Shown here: positions 31,580 through 43,689 of the stretch, one piece after another
How positions within the stretch are numbered: position 1 is the first letter of the stretch
Layout: each line of letters starts with the position of its first letter
DNA from: the human T2T-CHM13v2.0 reference genome, Homo sapiens
Assembly: GCF_009914755.1 (NCBI RefSeq)
Contig: NC_060948.1
DNA length: 64,000 nucleotides
Strand: one strand, 5' to 3'
Position numbers and translations under genes: made by a program
Notes under the pieces: generated by a model
Told to the model about the DNA's origin: nothing
Seen by the model: only the letters and a program-made list of their open reading frames with translations
The model's database searches: none

Positions 31580-33248
31580 TTAATTTCTCAACCATTATGT
31601 TTTCTTGTTTCGATTTTTGACTATATTACATGCAGCTTTCACATAAGTGCACGTAGAGCATACAAAATATTTTCTATTTTTAAAGCTTTTCCAGCAGAAA
31701 CGTATATACTTTGCTGGTATACAGCCTTTTAAATTATAATTAATGTCTGTCTAACTTTCTGCTGATATTCTCTAATGGCTAATTTACTCCGTAGTCTATT
31801 TTAGGAATTTGATCTTACATACTTAACACATGCACACATACACATGTTTACAAGAAACAAAGAGTACTAAATATTCAGTATTACCTTGAATATAACTAAC
31901 TTGTTCTTAGATAATTACTATAACATTTCCCAGAATTATGTGCAATATTCTCCAAATGGACAGGTGACTGAATCAAATATGCATGAGAAAAAGCACAAAT
32001 AACAACCAAAACAAAATTAACTGATATTGACTCAGTATTTACAATGTACTTTCCATTCCTTATTTTATACAATTCAAAATAATCAGAGAAAAAAGTTATT
32101 TTTATCATCAGTTTACAGATGATGAAATTGAAGCTGAAGGGTTGAGTGCAATGCAAGGAAAATAGGAAGAAGTGGGCTTAATCATGGGGACTCGGGTATA
32201 GTCTATGGCTTTATGAAGTCGTTATATCTTATTTACTGTAATTTGATCATGTTTCTCGTCATCTCAGTACAAACATATATGACATATTTTATAAACAGAT
32301 AACTCTACAAATATTTCTTGACAAAGATGAGTAGTTACAAGAAGTGTTTCCAAGGTAACAATACTAATTCAATTGCTATCATAATACTATTATTAATAAC
32401 GCTCTTATCAACACTCATAAAGTCTATTGCCAGGGGAATATTGTCATTCTAAGGACAAAAGTATGACAGAGACTGCGGAAAATAGCTTGAAAGCAAAGAA
32501 TGACAGCAACACTGAAATGATGAAGGGGATACTTAATACTGTTTGATTTTAATAAATGCTTTAGCTCTTTTTAAGTGGTATTATGTCCTTTAGATCTGTC
32601 AAACAGGTCGTGTTTCCTCTCTCAGGATTCAGATTGTCTAGTCATTGGAACCACAGGGAAAGACCAATAACTTGAAATTGGTAGTACGTTTACAGCTACT
32701 TCCTTTAGTTGCTGAGTAATGACGCTATCCTTTCTAGGTTATCTGCTTGCTTAAGCAAGAAACTAACCAATTAACAAGCAAGTGCATTGTAATAAACAAA
32801 TACTTTATAGAGATTTAATGGGAGAAAGCCTATTTCTTTCTGTTTAATGCCATCACTATGCTTATGTAAACAGAAAATATTAAAGCTGTTGTTTTAAAAT
32901 GGAAATGAGCTCTTTCTTATATAGAATCAATTAAAAGTATGATATATTATAAAAACTAATCTGAAACACTGTCAGACTGTGATCTTTTTCTCTGCTGTTA
33001 CACTACTTAGACAGGCTGATATTGATTGAAACTGTTGCAAGACAAGGAAGAGAGGTAACTATAGGAGTTGTCATTTACCTACCACTCTAAGATGAATAAA
33101 GAATCAGTAAACCCTCAGATCCATCTTGAATGCTGGCTTTCAGACCTGCCTCTTCACTGGTGACTTGGTGAGCCCATGTATAGGAGAGTGTTCTGCATTT
33201 ATCTTGCAATCTACCCCATTTTCCTTGACTTTCAGATACTGGCTTTCT

Positions 33249-33365
33249 TTTTTTTTAATTTAATTTAATTTTATTATTATTATACTTTAAGTTTTAGGGT
33301 ACATGTGCACAATGTGCAGGTTAGTTACATATTTATACATGTGCCATGATGGTGCGCTGCACCCA
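33249..33365 (-). mobile_element. Young 5'-truncated L1 (L1PA2/L1PA3-type), about 117 bp
   Basis: 'tactttaagttttagggtacatgtgcacaatgtgcaggttagttacat...ggtgcgctgcaccca'; perfect 16-bp TSD cagatactggctttct (33233-33248 / 33366-33381). Confidence 0.95.
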
Positions 33366-34366
33366 CAGATACTGGCTTTCTACTATGATTACAACTATGT
33401 GCCTCTAGACAAGGGAAGTTATTAATCACTCCCCAAGACCACCTCCCTCTGATACCTTTGCAATCATCAGACTCACCAGCTTTTTAACAGTGTCGAATCC
33501 ATTTCAGTTAAATATCTGGATTTCTCTCTGTTTCAACAATGGGAATGAAATGGGATTACTTTACACAGTTTCAATTTTTTTTCCAGGCTTTAATAACATA
33601 CTTATTACCAATCCAGGAAAATTAATTCTGTTAAAAATACAATTCAATAAATCAGTGTTCCAGAGAGCAGTTTTAGGTCATGATCTAAGCCTATATAATA
33701 TATTCTGTATTTCTTTATTAAAATCATCTTAAGAGCAATGATTATGTGGTTCTGCTTTAAGCTGGTGAGTTAAGGTGAGATTGGCATAGGGAGAGACTCT
33801 CTTGGCTTATAAATGGTGGAGGCATTACAAAAATCCTCTCATATCCTTTTTTATGATGAGTAGGAGTGTGCTATTTCTAGTACAGTTAGGATTTTGACAA
33901 GTTATGCTCAAGTAATTGATGTTTGCCCTACCCTGTTGGCTAGATTGCTCAGGTCATGCTTGAAGCCACCCCAGGAATCATGGTCTTCTGTGTAAACCTG
34001 ACAACCTGTTGCTGGAAGGCAATAAGTTAATTTGATGGTGTCCAAAGTAGTTATAAATCAATGTGGCAATCTCTTTCTTCCACGTCAATAGAGGGAACAA
34101 TCTGACTTCATAGATCAGATACATTTACCTTCATTTATAGCTTTAGAGTGTCACAGCAATCTGTAGAGTTATTGAGATAACTTGGTGACATTCTTCTAGT
34201 TTTCTTCAAATGCCTTTGGGTAACAAGAAGATAGACAATCCTAAATAATGTTTATATAAAATTTATTGCAGAGTTAAGCTCCTAATATAGAAAAGATAGC
34301 AATGTAGTACATGATAACACTATTTATCACCATCACTTTGAGTGCCATCATTAAGATACTGCAATT

Positions 34367-34817
34367 CTTCTCTTAAAAAACTTTTATTTTCAGGGGTACA
34401 TGTGCAGTTTTGTTATACAGGTAAATTATGTGTCATGAGGGTTTGATGTACAGATTATTTTGTCACTCAGGTAATAAGCATGGTACCCGATAAGCAGTTT
34501 TTTTATTTTCATCCTTCTCCCACCAGCCACCCTTAAATGGGCCTCATTGTCTCTTGTCTCTTCTTTGTGTCTATATGTACTCAATGTTTAGCTTTCACTT
34601 GTAAATGAGAACATGAGATATTTGGTTTTCTGTTCCTGTGTTAATTCGTTTAGGATAATGGTCTCTAGTTTCATCCTTGTTGCTGCAAAGGACACGATCT
34701 CTTTCTTTTTATGGTTGCATGGTAGTCCATGCATTTTCTTATCCAGTCTGCCATTGATAGGCACCTAAGTTGACTCTATGTTTTTGCTATTGTGAATAGT
34801 GTTGCAGTGAACATACA
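34367..34817 (-). mobile_element. L1PA15/16-type 3' end
   Basis: 'ggggtacatgtgcag...caggtaataagcatggtacccgata'; TSD atactgcaatt (34356-34366 / 34820-34830). Confidence 0.9.
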
Positions 34818-35704
34818 ACATACTGCAATTACTTGGAACAAAAAGATAACTCGTTGAGAAGGATAGAAACTGAACAATCGACATATTTGGAGATGGTCTT
34901 GTACACTCCTAAACTTGGCAACATTCTATGCCCAAGAATTCTAGAAGCAATGACTCTTACCCTTATTCACCCTATATTCTCTGATCTGAAATCATATAAA
35001 TGAAAACAGGAAGGAAATGATAGAAACAGACAAAAACTCTTGCTTTTTTCCAGACATTATATATACATTTTAAAAAGAAGTATTATAACTTTAAGTGACA
35101 ATCAAACATAATATTAAGATAGTCCCTCTACGTGAAATCATTCTAATATCAAGGGAAACAGCAATTTAACAAGTAAATTTTAGGAAATGCAGCGTTCCAA
35201 TTTAGGTACCAAAACTTATTTTAAATGACATTTTCAGCCAAATGAGAGAAAAAGAAACTCACCATTTTTTTCTCATATTATTCTAATTTCATCCCTGTGC
35301 AGTATAGAAGCCAGATTGTCACTGTGCCCTGGGAAGCTTTGCAAATATGGCACATGCCACAGTCAGCATGACCCTGACTTATACTTTAATAACTCCTTGA
35401 TTTAGCAGACAAAGCTTTTCTCTGCCTCCAATACACCCCTTAATCTAGCACTTGTCCCCATGCTGTCCCATGGTTGCTCAAAGCCATCTTATGTTAGTTT
35501 CATCCATTGTTCCATAATTTTCCTCAGCTCTACTTTCCTATAACAACTAACCTGCTCCTGTTATTTCTCTCTGTAGTCAAGTGTTTCTCAGAGAAATTAA
35601 TGCCACAGTGCTAATAATTGTTGTTACCTGTCATTAGCACTATAACCTCTATAGCATGTTATCCCTTTCAGATATCAATTTGTTAAAATAATGAAAGAAA
35701 CAAG

Positions 35705-36240
35705 TCCTCTGGTTATTTCTATGTAATGAATCACTCTAAAACTTAGTGGTTTAAAATAACAACAATTATTGTATTATGTCTCACAGTATCTGTGGGTCAA
35801 GAATTCAGAAGTAGCTTAGCAGGAAGTTCTGGCTTGTGGTTGCAGTCAAAACAGCAGGTGGCTGAAATGGTTGGAAACTGGCAAGGAAGCATTCTGTTCA
35901 TGTAGATTTCTGGCCTCTCCATGTGGAGTAGTTTGGGCTTCCTTGCAGCATGGTAGACTCGGGGTAATCAGATTGCTTACAGGGACGCTGAAAGATCCAA
36001 GGATGAACATCCTAGAGAAGCAGGTGAAAGTGTGCAGCATTTTTATGACCTGGCATTGAAATTCAGAGGGTATCATTCTGCTATACTCTGTTAGTTTGGG
36101 CAGTCACGAAAGTCCACTGAGATTCAAGGGGAACATGGATATTCAAAGGGAACACAGATTCTATCTACCTTTTGATGGTGGAATGGCAAGGTTCTAGGAG
36201 ATATGTTTCTAGTCATCTTTGGAAAATGCAATCTGCTAAA
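35705..36240 (-). mobile_element. MLT1H-like MaLR solo LTR
   Basis: 'aaaacttagtggtttaaaataac', 'tctgtgggtcaagaattcag', 'agattcaagggg', ending 'catctttggaaaatgcaatctgc'. Confidence 0.8.
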
Positions 36241-36315
36241 ATGAGTAATGTGGGCATTTTGTGCCCTTTATTATGTTACTCTCTAGCATATTATTTTCAA
36301 TTATTTTTAATAAAC

Positions 36316-36371
<56 letters not shown>
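36316..36371. repeat. (TA)12(GA)16 compound microsatellite
   Basis: Directly visible. Confidence 0.95.
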
Positions 36372-36377
<6 letters not shown>

Positions 36378-37714
36378 CAGTGGAAAATAAAATGATAGAA
36401 CAGTTGATGAAATGCCACTTAGGAATTTTTATTTTCTGTTCCTATTTCTCTCCCTAGGAAGACTACCTAAATGAATATAAACTTTTAGGTACTTTTGCCA
36501 TATTTAGTGAAGATATTGTTACCCATATAAATATTTGAAGAGTTAGAATCTCTTTAAAAAAGAAAAATTCACAGAAATCATTAGAAATGCCAAAACTTCA
36601 TCTCATAATTTGCAGATGTAATACAATAAATAATTATAAAACATTCCAATATGAAGTCTCTCATCAGTATTCTCAGGTATCTGTGTTAATAATCTGAAAA
36701 ACTAGAGCATGTATATCTGATATATTGTCAGCTAATAATTGCATGCTTTCAAAGGCCATATCTTAAGGAACTCACTATAGCGTAAAAATAAAGAGATTAA
36801 TATTAGACCTAAAAGTCTAACATAGTAGGGTCAAACAATGGACTTGAAAGCCCTGGAACATTTTGAATATTTGAATTACATAAATCGTTTTAAAAACAAC
36901 TGTAATAAAAAACCTTGTGTTAATGAGTTTTAAGATTTTGCAGTGCTTCATAGCCAAGTCTTGAGATACAAGATTGAATGTGTATTTCTTAAAAATACAA
37001 CTTTGTGTTGTACTTTGAAATAAATGATGCTTTAAAAAAAAAAAGCTTTTGCAGTGCTTGATTACTGCCAAAATCTCTTATTTTTCATGTGCACTTGGGC
37101 AGTCTAGTTGATTGCATACTGAGCTGTCCTCTAAAGCTTTAAGGGAATTTATTTTAAAAAGACTCATAAAAAAGGTTTATTCAGACTACCTGCAAGACCC
37201 CCATGTGCTTTTTGCTACTTGAGATAATAACATCTATTATGTGAGAAATAATAATTGTCACTCTGAAAAGAAACAATTGATTTCACTGTTTTACTTTGGG
37301 TCCTGGCAGCTTTTTATCCTGACTTTTTCAGAATTCAATTATTGAAGAGATCTCTAACTGTCCATACAGCATGCACCTGGGATTAGTACACCTGCTATTT
37401 CTATTCAACATGGATATATCAGCAAAAGCTATTTTGCTTTTTCTTGGGGAAGATTTTCCCCAACAGAAAGATGTTTTCTTTTGAGCAACTAAGGTATTGA
37501 CAATTAAGATGCAAAAAAAGATTATGCCTGTAAATATTTCTTTCTCAGAAATACAACATATGATTTCTGAGACATAACTTACATGATCTGATCATGGAAT
37601 GTGTTATTAAAAAATGTCCTGTTTAAAAATTTTTCAGAAAGCCACTTAAAGTAATAATTACTTTTAAAGAAGTACAAGTAATGAAATCATTTGAAATTTC
37701 TATTTCTTGTGAAG

Positions 37715-39098
37715 ATTAAGTGTCAGGGAGTGAATTTACCCTTCACCTGAAACAACAAAGAAACCAAACAAAATGTATGAAACAATGGTTCTCAACATAT
37801 CATACATAAAGGTACATGAATAATGATACTTAAGAAATAGAACATAAATGAAACAATAGTTACTCTTGCCTTAGCTTATTGCTTGCATATAATTTCTATC
37901 CTTTAGCACAGGGAGAGGGAACCCAAATAGAGCATGATTGGGCCCTCGTAGTAAATTCATCTCCTGGAATTGTGAGCCCAGGGAGGTCAAGGTGGCTAGG
38001 GTCCCTGGTCAGTGCTTATAGGGAAATTTATGGCATAAAATTACAATATTAGACAAGAAGATCTCAAATTAACTATCTAAGGTTCCACAGTGAGAAACCA
38101 GGAGAAGAGCAAAAGAAAACCAAATTAAGCAGAAGAAAAAAAGTAATACAAATTAGAGCATGAATCAATGAAATCAAAAGCCAAAAAACAATGGAGAAAA
38201 TTAGTGAAACCAAAAGCTAGTATTTTGAGAAAATTAATAACATTGGTAAAACTCTAGGCAAACTGATAAGATTTAAAAAGAGAGAAGAAAATTAATAGTA
38301 TTTGGATTAAGAGATGATATCACTGCAGATATTAAAAGTATAAAAAGGGAGTATTAATATTTATACTGTATACGTTTGACAACTTTGATGAAATATGCAA
38401 ATTACTTGGAAGAGAAAACACTACCAAAGTCCAATCAGGAAGAAATAGCTTGAGTAGCCCTATATCACTTAAAGAAATTGAATTTATTACTAAAATAAAT
38501 CCTCTCAAAAAGAATACTCCAAGCTTAGGTGGCTTCACTAGGAAATTCTACCAAATATTTAAGGACTAAATAACACCAATTCTATACAAACTCCAAAAAC
38601 AATTATCAAAAGAGAAAACTATACCCCAACTCATTCCTTGAAACTGGAATTAGACTCTGATACCAAAACCAGAAACAAATATTTGAAGAGAAGAAAGCTT
38701 GCACACCAATATCCTTTATGAATATGGATGTAAAAATTCTTAATGAATATTTGGTGAGTCAAATCCAACAGTATACGAAAAGGATACTATTTCATGAACA
38801 AGTGGGGTTTATTATAGGAATGAAAGATTTGTTTAACATTCAAAAATCTATCAGTGCAATTCATGATATTAACAGACTAAAAAAGAAAAATCATATAAGT
38901 ATCTCAATAGATGCAGAAGAATAATATGACAAAATCTAACATTTACTTGTTGTAGAAACTGTCAGCAGACTAGGACTAGAAGAGAAGCGTTGCAACATAA
39001 TAAAGCATATCTGAAAAACCTATGGCCAGCATAATACTACATGATAAGACTGAATGCTTTTACTTAAGGATCAGGAACAAGGCAAGAATGTCCCTTCT
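37715..39098 (+). mobile_element. L1ME-type 5' segment and ORF2 fragment
   Basis: L1ME 5' motif 'tttacccttcacctgaaacaac...atgaaacaatggtt'; ORF2 peptide 'MNMDVKILNE...HEQVGFI...ISIDAE' (38718-38924). Confidence 0.78.
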
Positions 39099-39853
39099 CA
39101 CAACCACTATGGAGATCAATTAGAGGGTTTGTCAAAAAACTAAAAATAGAACTACCATATGATTTAGCAATCTCTCTGCTAGATCCACATTCAAAAGAAA
39201 GAAATGAGTACATCAAAAAGATGTCTGTACTCCCATGTTTATTGTGGGACAATTCAGAATAGCTGAGATTTGGAAGCAACTTAAGTGTCTATCAACAGAC
39301 AAAGGGATGAAGAAAATGTGGCACATATATACAATGGAGTACTATTTAGCCAGAAAAAGGAATGAGATCCAGTTTTTGCATCAACATGGATAGACGTGGA
39401 GGTTATTATGTTAAGTGAAATAAGCCAGGCACAGAAAGACAAACTTCACATGTTCTCACTTATTTGTGAGAGCTAAAAATTTAAAACAATTGAACTCATG
39501 GAGATAAAGAGTAGAATTATGTCTACCAGAAGCTGGGAAGGGTCGTGGCTGGGGGGAAGTAAGGATGGTTAATGGGTACACAAATATAGATAAATAAAAT
39601 GAATATCATCTAGCATGTGTTAGCACAACAGTATGGCTACACTCAACAATAATTTATTGAACATTTACAAATAACTAAAAGAGTATAATTGGATTGTTTG
39701 TAACACAAAGAAAGGATAAATGCTTGAGGTGATGGATACCCCATTTACTCTGATGTGATTATTATGCATTATATGCCTGTGTCAAAATATCTCATGTAAC
39801 CCATAAATATATACACCTACTATATACCCGCAAATTAAAAATTAAAAAAAAAA
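39099..39853 (+). mobile_element. L1MA2/3-type 3' end
   Basis: 'ggataaatgcttgaggtgatggataccccattt...cataaatatatacacctacta' followed by poly-A. Confidence 0.88.
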
Positions 39854-39854
39854 A

Positions 39855-40810
39855 CTTAGAATGAAAAGACAAACCACAAAGAAAGAGAAATATTTGAAAA
39901 TCTCATATTTGCTAAAGAATTTTTATCCAGAAAATATAAAGTACTCTCAAACCTGTGTCAGAAGAAAATTATCAACCTAATTAAAAATGTTAAAAGAACT
40001 GTGAACAGTCATTTCAACAAAGAAGATATATGGATGAAAAACAAGCACATTAAAACGTGCACATTACTAATCATCAGGGAAATGCAAAATAAAATAACAT
40101 TTAGAATACTTAAAATTAAATTGATTCTTTGTATCAAGTATTGGTGAAGATGTGGAGCAACTGAAACTCTCTTACACTGCTGGTGGAAATGTAAAATTGA
40201 ACATGTTGGAAAACAGTTGGTCAGTTTCTAATAAAGTTAAACCTACTCCTACTACATGACCTAGTCATTCCATCCTTATTCATTTACCCAAGAGAAATGA
40301 AACTAAAAAGACTTGTGCAGACCCATTCATAGCAGTTTTATTATAGTTGAAGTCTAGGCACATCCGAAGTGTCCATCAACAGTAAAATTAATAAACAAAT
40401 TGTAGCAAGCCAATTAAATAGATTTCTATTCATCAGTAAAAAGTAACAAACTATTGATACAGGCAGCAACATGGAGGAATATGCATATAATTATCCTGAG
40501 TGAATGAAGCCAGATACCAAACAAGCATGCATACTGTATGAATCAACTTATGTAAAACTCCAGAGCCTGAAAACTAAGCTATTATGTCAGAAAGCCAATC
40601 GATGCTTTCTTGAGAAATGAAAATGTTCAAGAGTGAGAGTGAAGGATTACAAAGAGGCGCAAGGAAACTGTTGAGGGTCAGGATGTGTTCACTGTCTAGA
40701 CTGTAGTAGTGGTTTCATGAGTGTATACATACTTCAAAACATATGTTGTGCATTTTAAATATGTGCAGTTTACTGTATGTTAATTAAAACTTAATAAAGC
40801 TTTTAAAAAT
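39855..40810 (+). mobile_element. L1ME1/2-type ORF2 end and 3' UTR (host resumes)
   Basis: 'gaatgaaaagacaaacc', 'gatgtggagcaactgaaactctc', ending 'atatgtgcagttt...aataaagc'. Confidence 0.8.
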
Positions 40811-40957
40811 ACTTTTGTACAAATAATTATGATAGGCTACATCTTAAATGATGTTTTCATCAACCTTACAATTTAGCTTTGTAGGAATGTCTGAATCCCT
40901 TGCAAAACAGTAGTCATTAAATGCCCGTTTCCTGTCTTGATATCATTCATGAGCTGA

Positions 40958-41024
40958 TTTTTTCTTTCCACCTCCTCCTCCTCCTCTTTCTTCTTCCTCT
41001 TCTTCTTCTTCCTCTTCCTCTTCC

Positions 41025-41055
<31 letters not shown>

Positions 41056-41140
41056 TCCTTCCTTTTCGCCCTCCTCTTCCTCCTCCTCCTTTTCCTCCTC
41101 CTCCTCCTCCTCTTCCTTCTTCTGCTTTTACTTCTTTCTT
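40958..41140. repeat. (CTT/CCT)n polypyrimidine low-complexity tract
   Basis: 40971-41123 contains only one purine. Confidence 0.95.
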
Positions 41141-42098
41141 TGTTTTTAAATTGCCTAGAATGTCCTGACTCTTGTGGTAACTGCCTATGCTAGCTATGGT
41201 ATACCAAAAGAAAATGCATAAAACTTTTTGCCTGCCATCAAAAAACTTTTGGTTTCGTTGGGAAAAAATATGAATATAAAAAAGGAAATAGTATAGTCAA
41301 TACAAGACAGTACATATTTAAGCACCAAATTTTCTGTTACAAATTATGATATTGAAGTTATGAAAAGCAAAAATCAATATATACCATAATAGATTGGGGA
41401 AATTTTACGGAGAAAATTGGATTATCAGATATTTTATTCAAATGGTTCTCTTCCTTTTTAACCAATTTACACCTTAAAACATTTGGTTTAAAAATTATGT
41501 CCTCTACAAAGCCTTCTCTGATTAATCTCCTATCCCTTATCACCAGGTATTAATATACATTCTCTCAAGTGTGTTGAACTCAGTTTTTCTCAATTTATTT
41601 GCACTGTTACATCATTACAACTATAATTTAAAATAAATTGTGGTCAATAACCCTATTTTCCATCTTTCCTTCTCCTTGTTGCTCAATGTACTGTTCCATG
41701 AATAATGGACGTTCAAATAAATAGCATTATCTGGCACACATTAATTATAATACATGCCATAACGAGGGTTTATATTCACAACCTGAAGTCTGTAATTATA
41801 AACTGTTAAAGATGCCCTATTAATACAGTTACAGTGAAATCACCACCATTTGCAAATTATGTGCTGATACTTAAGTGCTAAAGTCTCTTAAATTTCTTGA
41901 AGAAAATGGCATGATATTCAGTGTAATGAGACTTGTATAAATAAGAAAATTTAAGAAAGCAAGTAAATACCTTTCTAATGACCATTGCATTACTTTTGAC
42001 AATAGCTTTTATTTATTTGTATCCCAGGGCAGCTACATTTGTAACAATATTCAGGTTAGCCTTTTGTCTTACTTTCCCACACTTTTACTTGTATATAG

Positions 42099-42148
42099 GT
42101 GTGTGTGTGTGTGCGTGCATGCACACATGTGTGCATTCACGTGCATGC
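42099..42148. repeat. Alternating purine-pyrimidine (GT/GC/AT) tract
   Basis: 'gtgtgtgtgtgtgtgcgtgcatgcacacatgtgtgcattcacgtgcatgc'. Confidence 0.85.
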
Positions 42149-42412
42149 CTCTGACATATAAAGGTGAAGACCATAAGATGTGAGTTCTCAAAGTTTTTAA
42201 TTTGAGCTCCTATGTGTTTATTAAAGTACCACTATCACTACTCCCTGTTGATACTCACTTTCAGTTAATAAAAAATTAAATCAGTAACAATTATTGGCTT
42301 TAATTTACAAATATGTTCTCACAATTTCTAAAGATAAATGACAACTTATCCTTACCATATGCTTTTACAAAATATTGTGTTTATTAACAGGCAACAAATT
42401 GGGTAATTTGAC

Positions 42413-42441
42413 CAATCAATCTTGAAATGTAGTTACTAAAA

Positions 42442-42473
<32 letters not shown>

Positions 42474-42620
42474 GCAGCAGCGCAGGGAACTGGTTGGAAA
42501 TACACATTCTCAGGCCCTACCCAGACCTACTGAATCCAGAACTTCAGGAATAAGCCTCAAAAATGGATGTTTCCATAGACTGCTAGCTTATCCTGATGCA
42601 TATTAAAGTTTAGAATAAAG
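42413..42620 (+). mobile_element. MER5A (hAT-Charlie MITE) containing a CAG repeat
   Basis: 'gggaactggttggaaatacacattctcaggccctacccagacctactgaatc...ctgatgcatattaaagttt' matches the remembered MER5A consensus. Confidence 0.85.
42442..42480 (+). repeat. (CAG)4CAA(CAG)8 trinucleotide repeat
   Basis: Counted directly from the sequence. Confidence 0.97.
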
Positions 42621-42819
42621 TTGAGAATTTGGGTTAGACCCAGTGGAAACTTAACAACTTGGGTTTATGTCTAGGCATTCAGAGGGGTTACCAAATAGGA
42701 AATATTGTTATATTAAATCCCAGGTTAGAAACTGTGAGGGTAGAAGCATTTATGCAACATGTACATGGGAGGCAACAGAAGGAATTAGTTTCATGCCCTT
42801 ATTTTTGCTAAAAACTATT

Positions 42820-42990
42820 AGGGTTTAATGCCTACTCACACCATGAAGTGACAATAAGAACTTCAATAAGTTATGTAAAACTTTTGTGACTTAATTTTAA
42901 TATCTTCAAAATGAGCATGATGATATTGACACCTGATGAATAACGTTGTTGTGAAGTTTAAATGGCTTAATACGTATAAAGTATTTGAAT
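42820..42990 (+). mobile_element. MIR fragment
   Basis: 'atcttcaaaatgagcatgatgat...gttgttgtgaagtttaaatggcttaatacgtataaagt'. Confidence 0.6.
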
Positions 42991-43689
42991 TACAGGAGAT
43001 TTAAATCCTAATGTCTTGCATGAGAAGATATTTTGTTTTTTTTTTTCTTTTTTATGGCTTGTGTAATAGAGCTGACAATTGATGCCTGTGTGAGTCATAG
43101 AGTGATGAAATTATTCCTACCTGTTCGAGACAGCATTCTGTACTAAATAACTAATGTTTTATCAAGCGTTCAATTTCCCAAAAATTGCTTTGGAAATAAT
43201 TTTCGCTATTCAGAAATTTACTCAAAGTGAATTTCCTGATATAAGCCCATGTGCAGCAACATAAGTCAAGATATTGAAAGAACTCACTTTGAGAACTTTC
43301 CTGAGGGAAGGTGGTCATAGAGCAGGTTTTATTATCTGAGTAGAGGTTGTAGACAGCCAGGACAAGTTAATTGTTAGTTTCAGGTGACAATTTGCCTAAT
43401 TTGGTTTATATACTTTGTTCCATTCAGTCTTTGATACCAATTTAGCATATATAAATCATCTATGATATTTTTGGAAAGTAAAGTTCAATTAAGCAACACA
43501 CACTTATTAACATCTTCAATGACAGAAAAACCATAAAGTATTTTATTCTCATAGAAAACCAGCAAATTATTATCAGTGTTGAAAGTTTGAGTTGGGATCT
43601 ACTTTAACTTTGTGCTGTTCTAGTTTGGCTGCCTTGGAAAGTCTCCATTTGCATTTCAGGCTCTGACAATAGCATTCGCTTTCAGACTG

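Noticed and set aside
40921-41193. Poly-leucine 'membrane protein' ORF
   Set aside because: Translation of the (CTT/CCT)n low-complexity tract.
42442-42480. Polyglutamine-coding exon
   Set aside because: Embedded in MER5A, with no convincing splice sites or long ORF.
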